Source: Chlorokybus atmophyticus
Lineage: Eukaryota > Plantae > Mesostigma and Chlorokybus algae
Direction of reading: 5' to 3'
Assembly (NCBI GenBank): GCA_009103225.1
Contig: RHPI01003330.1
Coordinates: forward strand, 454,845 to 518,844
Length of the DNA: 64,000 bases
Below, piece by piece: positions 50,266-63,700 of the stretch (position 1 is the stretch's first letter; each line of letters starts with the position of its first letter). Under the pieces are notes generated by a model that was not told the origin of the DNA, searched no databases, and saw nothing but the letters and a program-made list of their open reading frames with translations. The translations under genes and the position numbers were made by a program.

Positions 50266-51020
50266 AAATCAAATGACACTGGCCTAAAGGCTAGGCCTAT
50301 CGCGCACTGTGAATTGGCGCGCCCAAGTGCTCCAAGCTTCCGTCACATGCTTTCAGAAGCCCTAACACTGAACGTTCCATGCATGGAATGAATGCCGCAA
50401 ACAGCTTCGCCGGGCAATTGCCGCGCTTTGACTTTCAGAAGTCAGTTCGTTCCTACCATCTTGTCCGAATGTAGGCGGATGAGATGGAGCTCCTGGCCGA
50501 TTCACTTCAGCCGCTAAGCCTAGAACCTTTCCTTCGACCGGTGTCAAGGCCGGCAGTGTTTGGCGCCACTCAGCGGAAGTTCCCAGGAACAACAATGCAT
50601 GGGTGCTGACGGGAGACACCAGAGCGACGTAAGTTACGGGCGGCGTGATACAGAGCTTACCTCAGCACTACTGTCGGGCTAGCTAACGCGACTCAAAGTT
50701 TAGGCACGAACGTTAGGCATCACATAAGGGAATGGTCAAGCAGGCTGCCTGTTTGAGAGCAGACAACTGCGCCAGGTGGCGGCAGGCGGAGGCGGCGGCA
50801 GGCGGCAGCCGCGGTGCCGGCGGTGGAGGTGATCCACCGTGTCAGTGGGTGGTGATGTAAGCTCTGCTTGAGTGCTTAGCGTATGGGCGGGATGACGAGG
50901 AGGAGAACGAGCACCCCGCCGCTGCTGCTGGGCCGCCGACGGCTATAACCGCCCAACTACCCCACCGGGCTGGAGAGCAGTTAAGCAACGTACTGCATTA
51001 GCCCAGGGCTGGGTAGAGTC

Positions 51021-53017
51021 ATGGCGCCGCCGGGGCCGCTCCGTAGACGCTCTGGGAGGGGTTTACTGGGGCTCTTGCTGGCGCTGGTGACGCTCGCGAA
51101 GGTTGTGCGGGCAGAAACTCCCGCCAACACTGACCCCACGCGGGGCCCGGTCAGCATCGACTACAGGGGCGAGTTTGGTTTTGAGATGGTTGCCATCTAC
51201 CCGTGGGTTTACTATCAAGTAAGCAGATGGTGCAATGCTGATTGCTGGAACAAGTAAACAACTGTGCTGCAATGTCATGCTATGCCTGCCGTCGCAGCAG
51301 TGCGTCATGCTCTGGCTTCACTGCAGCGGATGCTCTGTCATAAGAGCTGTGTGCTTAAGAGACCCAAAGGTGCTGCTCAGGAGCATGTCTAGGCGAGCAA
51401 ATCGGCTGTGTGCACTGTCGTTTTGCGCATTGCATAGTAAGTACGATTGCATTGACCAATGTGCTGCAACATGTCGAGCAGTCACGTCAGTTGTCGCATG
51501 TCTTCGTACTCAAGTTGAGCTTTCAAGGATCCTGCGAGTTCAACGTGACAGCAGCACTATTGGTCGTGGATGCCTCCGACCAAACAGCAGCACCGTAGAG
51601 TCGGTAAAGTCTACGGCTCGAATTCAGCGCGTAGTTACATCAGCTGCCGCTCACAACAAGTGCGGTGCATGAAACAAACTGTCGAGTGAATGGCTGGAGA
51701 GTCGTTCTTTGCATGAAGCTGCTGCATACGCTGGTACCGCTGTGTTGCTGCTGAGGACGATTTGGCAATCTGTTGTTGCATGTGAAGCATTCAGCCGTTT
51801 GCCAGCTGCTCGTCACTGCTTTGCTGACCTTGCATTCTCTGTGCCAGTATGTGCATGGCAGGTTGAACAACACAGTTGGTTGCGGACACATGGCGCCTTT
51901 CTACTGGTTTAGCCCCAACCATGTGGACGATCCCACTTGCAAAAGGATGTGGTTCAAGCTGCCGGACTATGTTGACTGGCCTTATGACTTGCACCGCTCT
52001 GCCCTGCCAGACGCCTGGCTGCCACCACCTCTAGCCCGCCACTACCGGTACGAGCGCAAAATTGAAGCTGATTTTACTTGAACGTTTGGTAAACAAAGGC
52101 AAGCAAGTTTGCTTGCGAACGTAGTGTTTTGAGTCTAGTGTGTCCATCAGCATATCACATACTGCCATGCACATGTGCACTGTCATGGGAGTCGAAAGGT
52201 TTCAACACTGTCGATATTGCATGGCTTGCACGTCATTAACACGGCGTTGGGTAGGTGTATGCCGCCACTGATAACCACCAAGAAGCCCATCATGGTCATT
52301 AGCAACAAGTACGAGATGGAATGGAACAAGCCGCCCATCAACTTCATCCCGACACGGACGCTGCTGGCAATGTTGAGGGAGCTGACGAAGAAGTTTACCA
52401 TTGTGTACAACCGTGCTGGAGACAGCATACCCATGGACCACCAGCAGTCCCTGGAGTTGCATGACAAGGAGCAGATTCGAGCTGAGTTTGGAGGAACTGT
52501 GCTCATGATGCAGGTGTGCAGGGTTCATCACTAAGTGCATACACGCTTCTGTGTGTTCAGTGTGTTTGCTTTAGCTTGATGCTCATTGTGCACGCTTCAG
52601 GATATTGCTACGCTGCACGGTTTGAGCTTCAACGAAGCACAGCTGCGCGTGATGTCGCGAGCGTCGCACTTCATCAGCGTGCAGGGCGGCTCTTCCATAC
52701 TGTCAAGCTATTTTGGCGGGAAGAACATTGTGTTTGTAAAGAGAGGAGGCGAGCTGCTCTACGATGCCTTCCATCGCATATTCCCCTTTTTCAACCGCAG
52801 TTGGGTAGTGACCATCAGCAGGGAGGACGAGCTGCTGCTGGAGGTCCGCCGCATGGTCGACCGCCCGCTTGTGCCGCCCAACAAAGAGGTGGTTGACGAG
52901 TTCACCCTCGCCAAAGGCCTTGGCGGGTGCTCACGCGAGCCTGACATGATCCAATATGACGACCCCAACTTCACGTGGCGCCCCGACAAGGTCGGCGCCA
53001 TCAGCAGCACAGATTAG
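51021..53017 (+). CDS. Secretory-pathway protein, putative glycosyltransferase-like, bacterial-type family
   Basis: Four exons (51021-51218, 51848-52047, 52255-52513, 52601-53017). Signal/TM segment, GEFGFEMVAIYPW, FYWFSPNH, ISNKYEMEWNKPPINF, SFNEAQL, FISVQGGSSILSSYFGG. The function is an inference. Confidence 0.8.
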
Positions 53018-54252
53018 ACTTAGTTGTTTCTTTTTGTTTGTCGCACGTATTGCCATTGCCGGCCAGCTTGGTTACTGCGCTGGTCACTGGCCAGTAGCAA
53101 GCGCGCCTGCCAATGTGCTCCCCTCCCGGTTCAATGAGAAGAAGCAATGAAATATGTGGACAGGCAGGTGTTGAACTTGGGCTGTAGGTATTACTAGTTG
53201 GGAGGGCGTCTAGCGATGCGTCTTATGACGTTTGTGAGGACATTGGCGCTGCAGTACATTAGCCTGATGGCGTCTCAGTCATGGCTGCTGCCATGACATC
53301 TATTCTAGCTCTACCTGTGAACAGATCATCCAGGGATGTAATCGCTGTCGACAGCGATAAGCTGCTGCTTAGCCTGAAAGTTGCTGTATGGGTCAGCGTG
53401 CAGAGGTTGTGTACTGCTTGTGATGTGCTCGCCTTTGCTAGCAATGCATACTGCTCTACCATTGCTCACAGAAGAGCTGCAGACAGCAAGCTCAAGAACA
53501 TTCATTGCCAGCCACCCAAAGACAAGCATGCAATGGGGGCCAGGTACAGCTTAGCACAGCACTCTACAATATCAACCACAACCAAGCTAGGACACACATT
53601 TGCAGCAGTGACAATTACTCAGGCAGTAGACCAGGACAAAGCGCAGAGCGCAGTGGAGGTAAAGGGAGAGGTCAATTTCACCAATATACCAGCAGCAGCA
53701 TGCACGATGTGGACGACGGCGGCGGGATAGACGCCTAAACAGCTAGGGCACCGCCGCCTTCAGCCTTATCTGCCTGCTCTGATACTGCCGCAATCCTATG
53801 CTAAGACTGATGTTATTTGGCTTTCTGGCAGTCACCGCTAAGACAAGCTCAGATTGCGCCTGCTCGCATGCAATTGATGACACATTATGTTGCACGAGAC
53901 AATCCTGTGAACCATTTGCACAACATGCACAGCAGCACGTCAATCATAAATCACCTTGACATGATGTTACTCACTAACAACACGATTTCACAGACAAGCA
54001 CAGAGTCATCATGCGCAGTTGCAGGCTTGGCACAGTGCGTCACACAAAAACACCTCAGCTGCAGTACAGCTGCTACACCATCGTGCGGATTGGCCTTCAG
54101 ACAACAACACACGCACAAGAGGTGCACAAGAACGCTACAAGAGGGTAACATTGATGCTTGAAAGAGACTGGACCTGTGTGTTAGCCAAGAGCAGCGAAGC
54201 AAGAAAGTTCATGAATTCTTATTGTGTGTATGTACAGCCAGGAGCCCACAGT

Positions 54253-55574
54253 CTACCAATTCAGCACGGCGTCATCGGAGTTGGCAGCCCTCCTCTCCGC
54301 GTCCTTCGTCATCCAGTCCAGAACCTTCCCCACGTTGAGGTCCTCGATCGAGCAGCCCTCGTCCTTGGCAATCACCCGCAGAAGGTTGAGAGAGGACACC
54401 TGCTCGCATCGAAGGGGAAGCGTCAACAAGAACTACCATACACACAAGCGAACATGCTGTCCAGTGTGTATAGGAGTTCCAACAGAAACAGGATGCGCAC
54501 AACAAGACAAGACTACTTATTTGTTGTTGTGTTAACAACCACACCCACACCCACACCCACACCCACACCATCGCCATCACCCTCGTCACCATCGCCCCCA
54601 CCACTACCAGCACCTTCATCCTCCTCCAAACCCCATCTCACCGTCAATCTTGCCAGGAACTTCTCGTGCATGCCAATCTGCGCCATCTCCACCAGTCCCG
54701 CCTCCTCAAGCGTCAGGAAGGTCTGGGCACCCCCGCCCCCGAGACCCACGCTCGGAGGGACGCTGAAGCCACCAAGGTCGTCCTCGTCGAAGAGGTCCTC
54801 TACGTCGGCGCCGCCGTCACGTTGCTGTGCTTTGGGGTGCTGTGGCTTTCTGACATGCCCGCCTGAGATGATGAGAAACTCATTGCGCATGCGATGAAAT
54901 GTGAGGGGTTGTGCGTGTGTGCATTAGTCGGCCCAAGACTCTGCAGTTGCTCTGTTGTGTGAGTTTGTGCGCTTTGCTTGGTGAGTGCACTAAGGTTGAG
55001 GTTCAACTGCCAGGTCACTTTATGCAGGAGTAAGGGTATCAAGAACCTTACTGGATGCGCGTACCACAGTTACTAGTATTACGTCCTTTCGTTGAGGATC
55101 AATGATAGGTTAGCTATTCACATAGCTGTCACTATGATTTCGTCTCCCACAGCTTGATACTGCCGCGATCCAAATAACACACACGCACACGTTGTTGCTT
55201 GGGTGCTCCTTGTGGCAAGACGCAACATGCAGTCAAGCAACAACAGACCAACCATGCATATGCCGTGAGCCTGTTTGGAAAAAACAGCTGAGGTGAACCA
55301 CAACCTAACCAGCCACCTAGCGGCTGTTGTAAAAACTTCTCAATCTCAATCAGTTCACTCTCGCATGCTTACCATGTGGCGTGCCCGGCCGCCGCTGTGC
55401 ATGTGCAGGAACAGCCGCAACCCGATGGTGCTTGCCAGCAGCACAAAAGCCGCTGATGGGACGGCAGATGGCACCTCCGCTCCGCAATGTCAGCGATGAC
55501 CGTGACACCGACGCCGACGACGCCGACGACGGCGCCGCCCACAGCACGCAGGCCCCAGCTGCCGTCGCCAACAT
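54253..55574 (-). CDS. Conserved green-lineage hypothetical protein with transit-peptide-like N-terminus
   Basis: TFLTLEEAGLVEMAQIGMHEKFLARLT|VSSLNLLRVIAKDEGCSIEDLNVGKVLDW...AVLNW* resembles a recalled conserved plant protein (At1g73350-like; unverified). Confidence 0.75.
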
Positions 55575-56398
55575 GCTGGCAAAAAACGCAAGTGCTAGGA
55601 AGTTTGGACACGAGCTGTGTTAGAGAGATTGCGAGCCCTAGATCGGACCCGGTTTCGCTAAGCCCGTACGCGACCCTCGTGGCTTGTGGATCCGGTTCTG
55701 TTCTGTGTCCTTGCGACGAATTCAAAAACGCAAACAAACAAGTAGCGACTGACAAACGGCTTAAGCGTCGGCACGACACGCGCCCTGCCACGTGGCGGCG
55801 GCGGCGGAGGAGGACGAGGAGGAGGAAAAAGACGAAGACGAGGACGACGAGGTAGAGGACGTGTGTGCTCCGGTCGCCCTACAGGCGTGTCTCGACAGTT
55901 TATTTGGCATTGTGGGCAAGGGGCTTGCTGCTCTTCGGTGCAACAACACGTTGGCACAGTTTGACTTTGAACAGCATGCAATTGTCCAGCACACAGCGGC
56001 AAATTAGATTAACATTCAATGGTCGTGTTAAGAGCCAAGGCATCAGTCAATAAATCCTTGCACATGGCATGTGGTGGTTTGTCGTACTCCATTCCAGGTA
56101 GCAATCTAGTGCTTGCCTGTGTGTACAGGCAGTCAGTTGTCTTCAAGCGCTGCGTTGCCCGTTGTCTTGCCCGCCTATTGTGCAGTGACATGACAGAGTC
56201 TCACACAACCTGTGCATCAATTCACATGGGCACGTCTCGACAGTCACTGTCATTTTTCTTACCTTCAATCTGAGTGACTTTAGTGATAGTAGCACTAGCC
56301 CACGCATCAACTCCAAGTTAGTGATACTCTCCCTCGCACATCAACGATGACAACCAGAACCACATTCCTATGCATGATGCAGCCAGCCATTTCCCTTC

Positions 56399-58188
56399 AT
56401 GGACACCAACACGGAGTTGTCGTCATATGAGAAGCTGCTGCGCGCCGCCATGAACAATGATACCAACAGCGATGAGCGCAACAACCATGATGACAATGAC
56501 GGCAATAGAGTGGGAGATGAAGGAGGGAACCTGCCGACTGTGCCGGGGTCCCGCCTCGCCTTTGGCACATCACAGGCATGGCGAACACTGTGTGTTTGCT
56601 GTGCAGGACAAGGACTGTGCAGTAGTTTGTTTGCAGGCATTTGTGCATGCACGCATGCACATGTTGCGCAAGCCACCCATACGCTCAAAGAGACACACTC
56701 GTGAATAAGTATGTACGTGAGTATGTACGCATCTGTGTGTGTAACTTCAGTTGTATACATATGCATGCATGCACGGACACTTGCAGGTATGTATGCATGT
56801 GCGTGTGCATGTCTTTGTGAATGTGTATTTGTGCTTGTATATGTATGCGTGCATGTATGCACGTGTGTACGCAATTGTGTACGCTGATGTGTGCTGATCC
56901 AGAATACTTCCCAGGAGGATGCAGACCTAGCACTTGCGCGCATCCTCCAAGAGCAGGAGAACGCCTACATGATGTTAGCGCGGATGGAGCGCGCAGGAGG
57001 TGCCGCCGCGCTCGTGGATGGCGCCCATGACATTGACGATGATCAGGAGGAAGGCGAGGACGGAGAGACCCAATTTGATGACGATGAGGCCTTCGCGCGC
57101 GCACTACAGGCGGAAGAAGTTAGGGCGCAGACGGAACGGCTACTCAGCCTCTCCCGCGTAGGTGAGAATGGTGTCACACATGCATGCGCGCACATGCGCA
57201 CATGCACACACTCACGCGCTACAACATGTTTCCCACAACTCACTTGTCGCTGTCTGTTCAGGCTCTGGAAGCTCAGGTGCAGTCAGCAGTGACTACGGCA
57301 GCTACGAGCGCCACTCAGTAAGCCACTCAAGCAAGCGACACAACTCGAGTGTTTCAACCACACGAGCACGCACTGGTGATCAACTGATTTCTCAGCGTGG
57401 GCACCGACGGCTTTGCTTGCAGGAAGACTACAGGGAAGCTCCTGGTTTGGACCATCACGACGATGCTGACAATGTTGAAGGCGAACGCTACAATGACATG
57501 GGGGACGATGATGATGAGGAGGAGGATGGAGGTCTTGAGGACTACATAAGCGACGAGGGCGATCCGTTTGACCCGGACAACATGACTTACGAGGCACGTT
57601 GAACATATTGATGTGCATGTTGGGGTGCAGTTTTAACAGTGTACCACTGAACTAATGATACATACAGAGTATGTATCACTGACTGACGAAACTGTTACAT
57701 GAGACTCCAGGTTTGTACCTATCACTGAGTGCGTGATACAAGCATTGAATGCAATTTGGGTTGGGTTGTGTAGGAGCTGATGGCGTTGGGTGATGCGGTG
57801 GGTGCGGCCCCACGCGGCGCGTCGGCATCAGTCATCGATGCGTTGCCACAGAGCGTGTTTGCATCCTCGGACGTGAACAAGTCAACGAGGAGGCGATCGT
57901 TGTCTCACACGTCCTCCTCGGCATGTCTGCCGCAGTGCGTGATATGCCAGAGCAAGTACACCGACGGGGAGCGCCTGTGCACGCTCCCGTGCGAACACGA
58001 TTACCACGCCGACTGCATACACCAGTGGCTCGCCATCAACAAGGTGGGGGTTGGCCTCTCCTCTCGTTGTCAATGCGACTGTGTGCGTGTGGGTGTCTGT
58101 GTAGCTTTTGTGAATGGAATTTCATCAATTTGTGGGTATGCAGGTCTGCCCTATGTGCAACAGGGAGGTCTCTGCGCCTGCTGCGTAG
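56399..58188 (+). CDS. BBR: RING-H2 E3 ubiquitin ligase, BIG BROTHER-related
   Basis: DADLALARILQEQENAYMML, DDEAFARALQ, DPDNMTYE|ELMALGD, CVIC...PCEHDYHADCIHQWLAINK|VCPMC. Confidence 0.92.
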
Positions 58189-58516
58189 GCCAACGACGAA
58201 GGCCAAATGTTGGGAACTGACAAAACGCTAAGGCTGAATGTTGAGGTGTCGGCTTTCCATTCGTTGCTAGGGCTTCTCAGATACTGTTCTGTTCTTTTCT
58301 GCCTGTTGGAATCAGCAACATTGATGGACTAATGCACAGTCTGTTAACCTGCTTGGCGTGTGCATGCAATCGGTACAATTGGTATACATATACACAACTT
58401 ATTGTAGCAGTAGGCACATTACTACTCAATACCAATGTCAGCCTATACCATCCCTGCCCTTCCCCTCACACACAAAATCACCACCCAACAACACACATAC
58501 CCTTCCTCCACAAATG

Positions 58517-60717
58517 CTACCTCAAGACTTGGTGCTCCCCATCCGTGTCATCCTCGGGTGGATGCTCCTCCTCATCTTCAGGGGTGCCATGCAGCAGCAG
58601 AGGTTCTCGCAGCCCCTTATTGTTACTGTTGTTGTTGTTGTTGTTGTTGTTGTTGTCGTAACTATGTTGGTGAGGGTTGTCCTGGCCGTCATCAGTCTCT
58701 GTCGCCTTGTACGCGAGGCGCGCGAGTGCCCGGCACTTGGTGCGTAGGTGGTGTCGCGTGAGGAAACCGCGGACGGCGGCCTGCACGTACATGGCGGCGT
58801 TGAAGTGGGCGGCGGTGTACTTGACCTCGGCGGAATCGGCGGGGAGAACGCCCTCGATGCGACCCTTGAGAGCGGCTTCCTCCTGCTCGGGAAGAGCCGT
58901 CGCAGCCACACGCCCTGGTGGGGGAGGCCAACAATAACAACGTTTCTCAGTGTTGTACGAATGACCGTCTTGTGTCTCACTCACGCCGACAACAATCAAG
59001 TAAACCACACATGGCTACGTGGTGTACACACAGATGCGCGCATGCACACCCACACACCCACCCACCCACCCACATGCGCGCACACAAATATGGGCACACA
59101 CGAGTGCACCGACACGCAACATGGGTGTAGTTGTTGCAACCACAACTGTCCCCGCCCACTCACCGGCAAGTGCGTGTAGCGTCTCCAGGAAGTGCACCCG
59201 TCCATGGTGATCCGGTATATCCACCGCCATGATGAGTGCCGTGACCGCCTTCTTATTGCCGCTGGAGCTGGTGGGACTGGAAGCACCTCCATTACTACTA
59301 CTACTGTTACTACTCGCCAATCCCAGGCCGAGCGGGGGCGCCAGCCTCTCCACGAGCACGGGAAGCTTCGACGCAGGGATGTAGTAGGTGGCCTTGGGGT
59401 CCAACTCGCTCCAGGACTTGCGGAACTGCTCGAGGTGCTCGGCTGAGAGAAGGTGGACATGTTGTGTGAACACCCACCCACCCACCCACACACACACACA
59501 GTCATGTATCTCTGTTCAGATACGTACTTGCGACGAGGGGTTCCTCCTTCTTGGTCATGTTGGTGAAGTTGTCGAGGATGACTCCGATGATGAGGTTGAG
59601 CATCATGAAGGCGCAGAAGATTTGGAACGACATGAAATACATCACCGCGAGCAGCGGGGAGGGCGTACATCTGTTCTCCGCATCCCCGTGAGCAAGACCC
59701 TGCGTGTGTATGTGGTTTGTTGCTATCGTGCATGTGGTCAGGCAACGATGTGCTTGTGTGCATATGATGGTAATGTCTGGCTTGCCTGGAGCATTGGGGC
59801 TCCCGGATCGACCCACAAGTCCTGCGAGTGCACGTACACGCAACCCTGCGTGACCATGCAGTCGTGCATCACGCCGTTCCAGTTGTCACCCGTCGCCATC
59901 CTGATATATTGGTCACACATCAGTACCGAGAAAGCTGTTCAAAGAAACGTGTGTATGTATTCGTGTGTGGGTGCGTGTGCGGGTGCATATGCGGGTGCGT
60001 GCGCATCTGCGTGTGTGCATATGTGCGCGTGCGTGCATGTATCTCCTTCTGCACCTGAAGAGTGTGAGTAGGGCGATCGGCACCGTCTCAAAGTTGGCGT
60101 GTCTATTCAAGCTGCTTCCAAACGGCAGCGTCCCGAACAGGTTCATCCCCACCACCGCATATATAAACATGAACAACAACAGCACCGACCCGACATTCAC
60201 CAGCGCCGGGAGGGAAAACACGAGCGTCTGAAACAGCGCCTTCAACCCCTTCGCCCTCGGTATAAGCCTAAAAATCCTCGCCACCCTTAGTATCCTCAAC
60301 AAAGAAAGTATCCCAACCTTCCTCCCTGCACCTGTCAAATCCAACGTGACGCTCGCGCACGCAGCCGCCGCGACAACAAAGTCAAACCTGTTCCACTGTT
60401 CTTGAAAGTAACCCATTGGAGAGAGTGCAAATAACTTCAACAGTGCTTCAAGCACGAACAAGTAGGAGAAGATGGCGTTGGCGTATAGGAGGGACTTGTC
60501 CCATGAGGGGGACTGGTCGACGTGGTGGAGAGACATGATGAAGATGGAGAGGAGGACTAACAGGGCGATGAGGCGGTCGAAGGGGGGGGATTCCACGAGA
60601 CGTAAGGCGGCGTGGCGGACGGGACTCTGGTGGGGTGAGAGAGAAAAGACTGTGTGCGCGTGTCTGTGTCTGTGCGTGCTTGCGTGCGCGCGTGCGCGCG
60701 CGTGCGCGTGCGCGTGC

Positions 60718-60766
<49 letters not shown>

Positions 60767-63700
60767 CGCGCGCGCGTGTGCAAGTGTGTGTGTGCACGTG
60801 TGTAGCTTGCACGTGTGCAATTTCTCAAGTGCGTGCTTGCTCACACGTGTATGCGTGTATGCGTGTGCGTGCGTGCCAATGTCAACGCATATGCGCGTGC
60901 ATCTGTACTTGTGCTCGCGATTGTTTGTGCACATCTGCAAGCCATGTGCACAACCCCACACAAGGACAGTTCCCTCACCTTGTTTCTGTCGACTGTCCTT
61001 CTTGGCGGTTTCAACTGCACTAATAGCTTCTGCAGCGCCACCCAATTCCTCTGTTCCGTCGTGAGAAACACCGACCTCCCTTCTTGCTTCTCTTTCATGG
61101 CCGCAAACCTCTCCACCGTGACTCCAACAAACAAGTTCAACGCAAAGAAGGACCCGACAATCACGAACGCCACGAAGTAGAGCGCCATGACCACGTGGTG
61201 ATCACGCACGGGTTGTATCTCCTCCCCCGTGGCGTCGATGCCCGAATCCATCACGATGGCCCAGTTGGACAACGTGCCCACCTCGAACAACGTGCGCATC
61301 GCGTTAAACACGTTGTCGAAGTTGTCGATGGGGTTGGACCAGGAGGTGGAGAGGGTGATGTTGGAACCGGAGGCGTCCCAGACAGTGGGGAGAGATGTGG
61401 TGGAAGTGCACCAGGGCTTGGTGATGGACACGCCGGGGAGGTCGTTCTGGACCAACAAGTCTCCTGTGATGGTGTTTGTTGGGTTGGGATATGTGGTGTG
61501 TGGTGGGAGGGAGGGTGCGGTGTGTATTGTGGGGTTTACCGGGAGTGCCGGTGGTGATGCCGGCGACGTCCTCGCAGCCCCAGAACCGACCCATGAAGAG
61601 GTTGACGCCGAGGATGGCAAACACCAGGTAGAAAAGGCTGCAGACGAGGACGACGTTCCCAACACCAGGTATGGTCTAGCCAAGAACATTATGAGTACGG
61701 GTGCACACGTACGCAAACAAGCGTGCACACGCGCATACACACTCAAACACATCGACGTACACTTACGCAGTCGTGTGCGCATACACGCGCGCGCATGCAC
61801 ACACGCATCCGCCCTCACCTGAAACAGCGCATTGATGACGACCTTGATCCCCTCCGCCCTCGACGCCATCCTTATTGGTCTCAGCGCCCTGAGCGTCCTG
61901 AGCGCCCTGAGAGCACTCCCCAACCCCCCCGCCGTCACGCCATCCCCAACCTTCTCAATCAGAAGCGTCATCACCCCCAACACCACCAAGAAGAAGTCCA
62001 ACCCGTTCCAGGGAGACCTCAGATACGCGTCCCGATGCATCACGAATCCCAATGTAACTATCTTCAGTACAGCTTCCAATGCAAACAACCCCACAAACAC
62101 CTGATCCATGACTTGGAGGGTGTGATGCATGCGTGACAGCGGGTCCACGCGGGGGCCGTCTATGGCGAGCACGGCGCTCGAGGCCAGGATGAGCAGGATG
62201 ATGGACCACTCGAAGGCTTTGTGGTGGACAATGCGGGAGCAAGCGAGGCGGAGAGGGTTGGAGGGGGAGAGGAGGTAGAGGGAGGTGGAGGGGGGGAGGA
62301 GGGAGGAGGGAGCGGGGGGAGGGAGGAGGGGCTTGGGGGAGGAGACGGGGGTGCCGTCCTGCTGTGAAAGCTGCAAAGTACACATATTGGAACATCACGC
62401 AAGCACGCATACACCAACGACAAGCGCATCTCTTCAGCCATCATCTTCACCCACACTCACCGCTGCTGCTGATCCCGGCCGGCTGATCCTCCTGCTACTG
62501 CTAACATTCCGCCTGTGCAGGGAGTCCCCCTTCGCCATGGTAGGCACATGACCGAGTGAAGACGAAGAAGAGGACCTCTCCTCCAGGACCGCACCTTCAA
62601 CCCTCGACCCAACATCACCCACCATCCCACTCACCCCCTCCTTCTTGTGCTGCTCATATTGGGCATGCTGGACTTGTGGCCCGCTCTCCGGGTCTACTAC
62701 CAAATACGGCGTGGCCACCCGGGCCATGTGACTACTTGTTGCGTTCTCCGAGTTGTGTGAGAGTGGGTTGGGAGTGGTTGGGTCCAGCGCGGAGAGTGGG
62801 TCCGGCACGAAGGCCGCGTGCGGGTCTGAGCCAAGGGAGACTGTGAGGAGCTTGCGAGCTGTGACTTGAGGAGGGGTGGAGGGGGAAGAGGCTGGGCTGG
62901 CGAGGGAGGGATCGTGGCGCTGGGGACTGCGTGAGAAACAAACAGGTTGGGTGAGAAGAGTGGAAGCGTAGAGGCGTGAGTTGCATCACTGCGTGTATAG
63001 ATCAGAGCCCTCCGTCACACATGTCTCATGACACATGTACCACATGTGACACATGTGGTGCGAGCATATGCAGTAGTGTGTGACCTTTGTTGAGGAAAGC
63101 TTTGTGAGAGGGGCTGCATTACACTTTCTGTACCTTCCGGGCAGGATGCTGCTGTTGTGGACATGAGCAATGTCGCCATCCACGCATCCCTCTGCATGCT
63201 CATGTCCACCCTTATGCTTCAGCTCCTCCAGCGCACCCAAGTATCTCTTCTCCTTGTCCTTGTTGCCCTTGTCCTTGTCCTTGTTGTCCTTGTCTTTCTC
63301 TCCATCCTTCTTCTCCTCCTCCTCCCTGTCCTTGAACGCCTTCTTGCGCTCGTCCCTGCTCTTGTCCGACCCTCCCCCAACGAAGTTATCGAGCAGGATG
63401 GCGAGGAAGAGGTTGAGGAAGACGTAGTTGCCAATGACGATCACGGCGACGAAGTAGAGGGCCATGCCGACGTTTGTGGCGCGGACCGCGTCGTATAACA
63501 CGTTGTTCCAGTTGTCGCCGGTCAAGACCTGCGGACGTGTGTGGGTGTGGGTGTGGGCGGGTGTGCGTGTGCACGTACGTGTGTGCGTGTGTGGGTGTAT
63601 GTCTGAGAAACGCACGCACGCACGCACGCATATGTGTATACACGTGCATGCGTGCATGCGTGCGTATGTTGTATCTGGATACCTCTTCGCACATTATTGT

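Noticed and set aside
53281-53760. Possible small spliced plus-strand gene
   Set aside because: Splice-like sites are present but there is no recognisable product; it may be UTR of the flanking genes.
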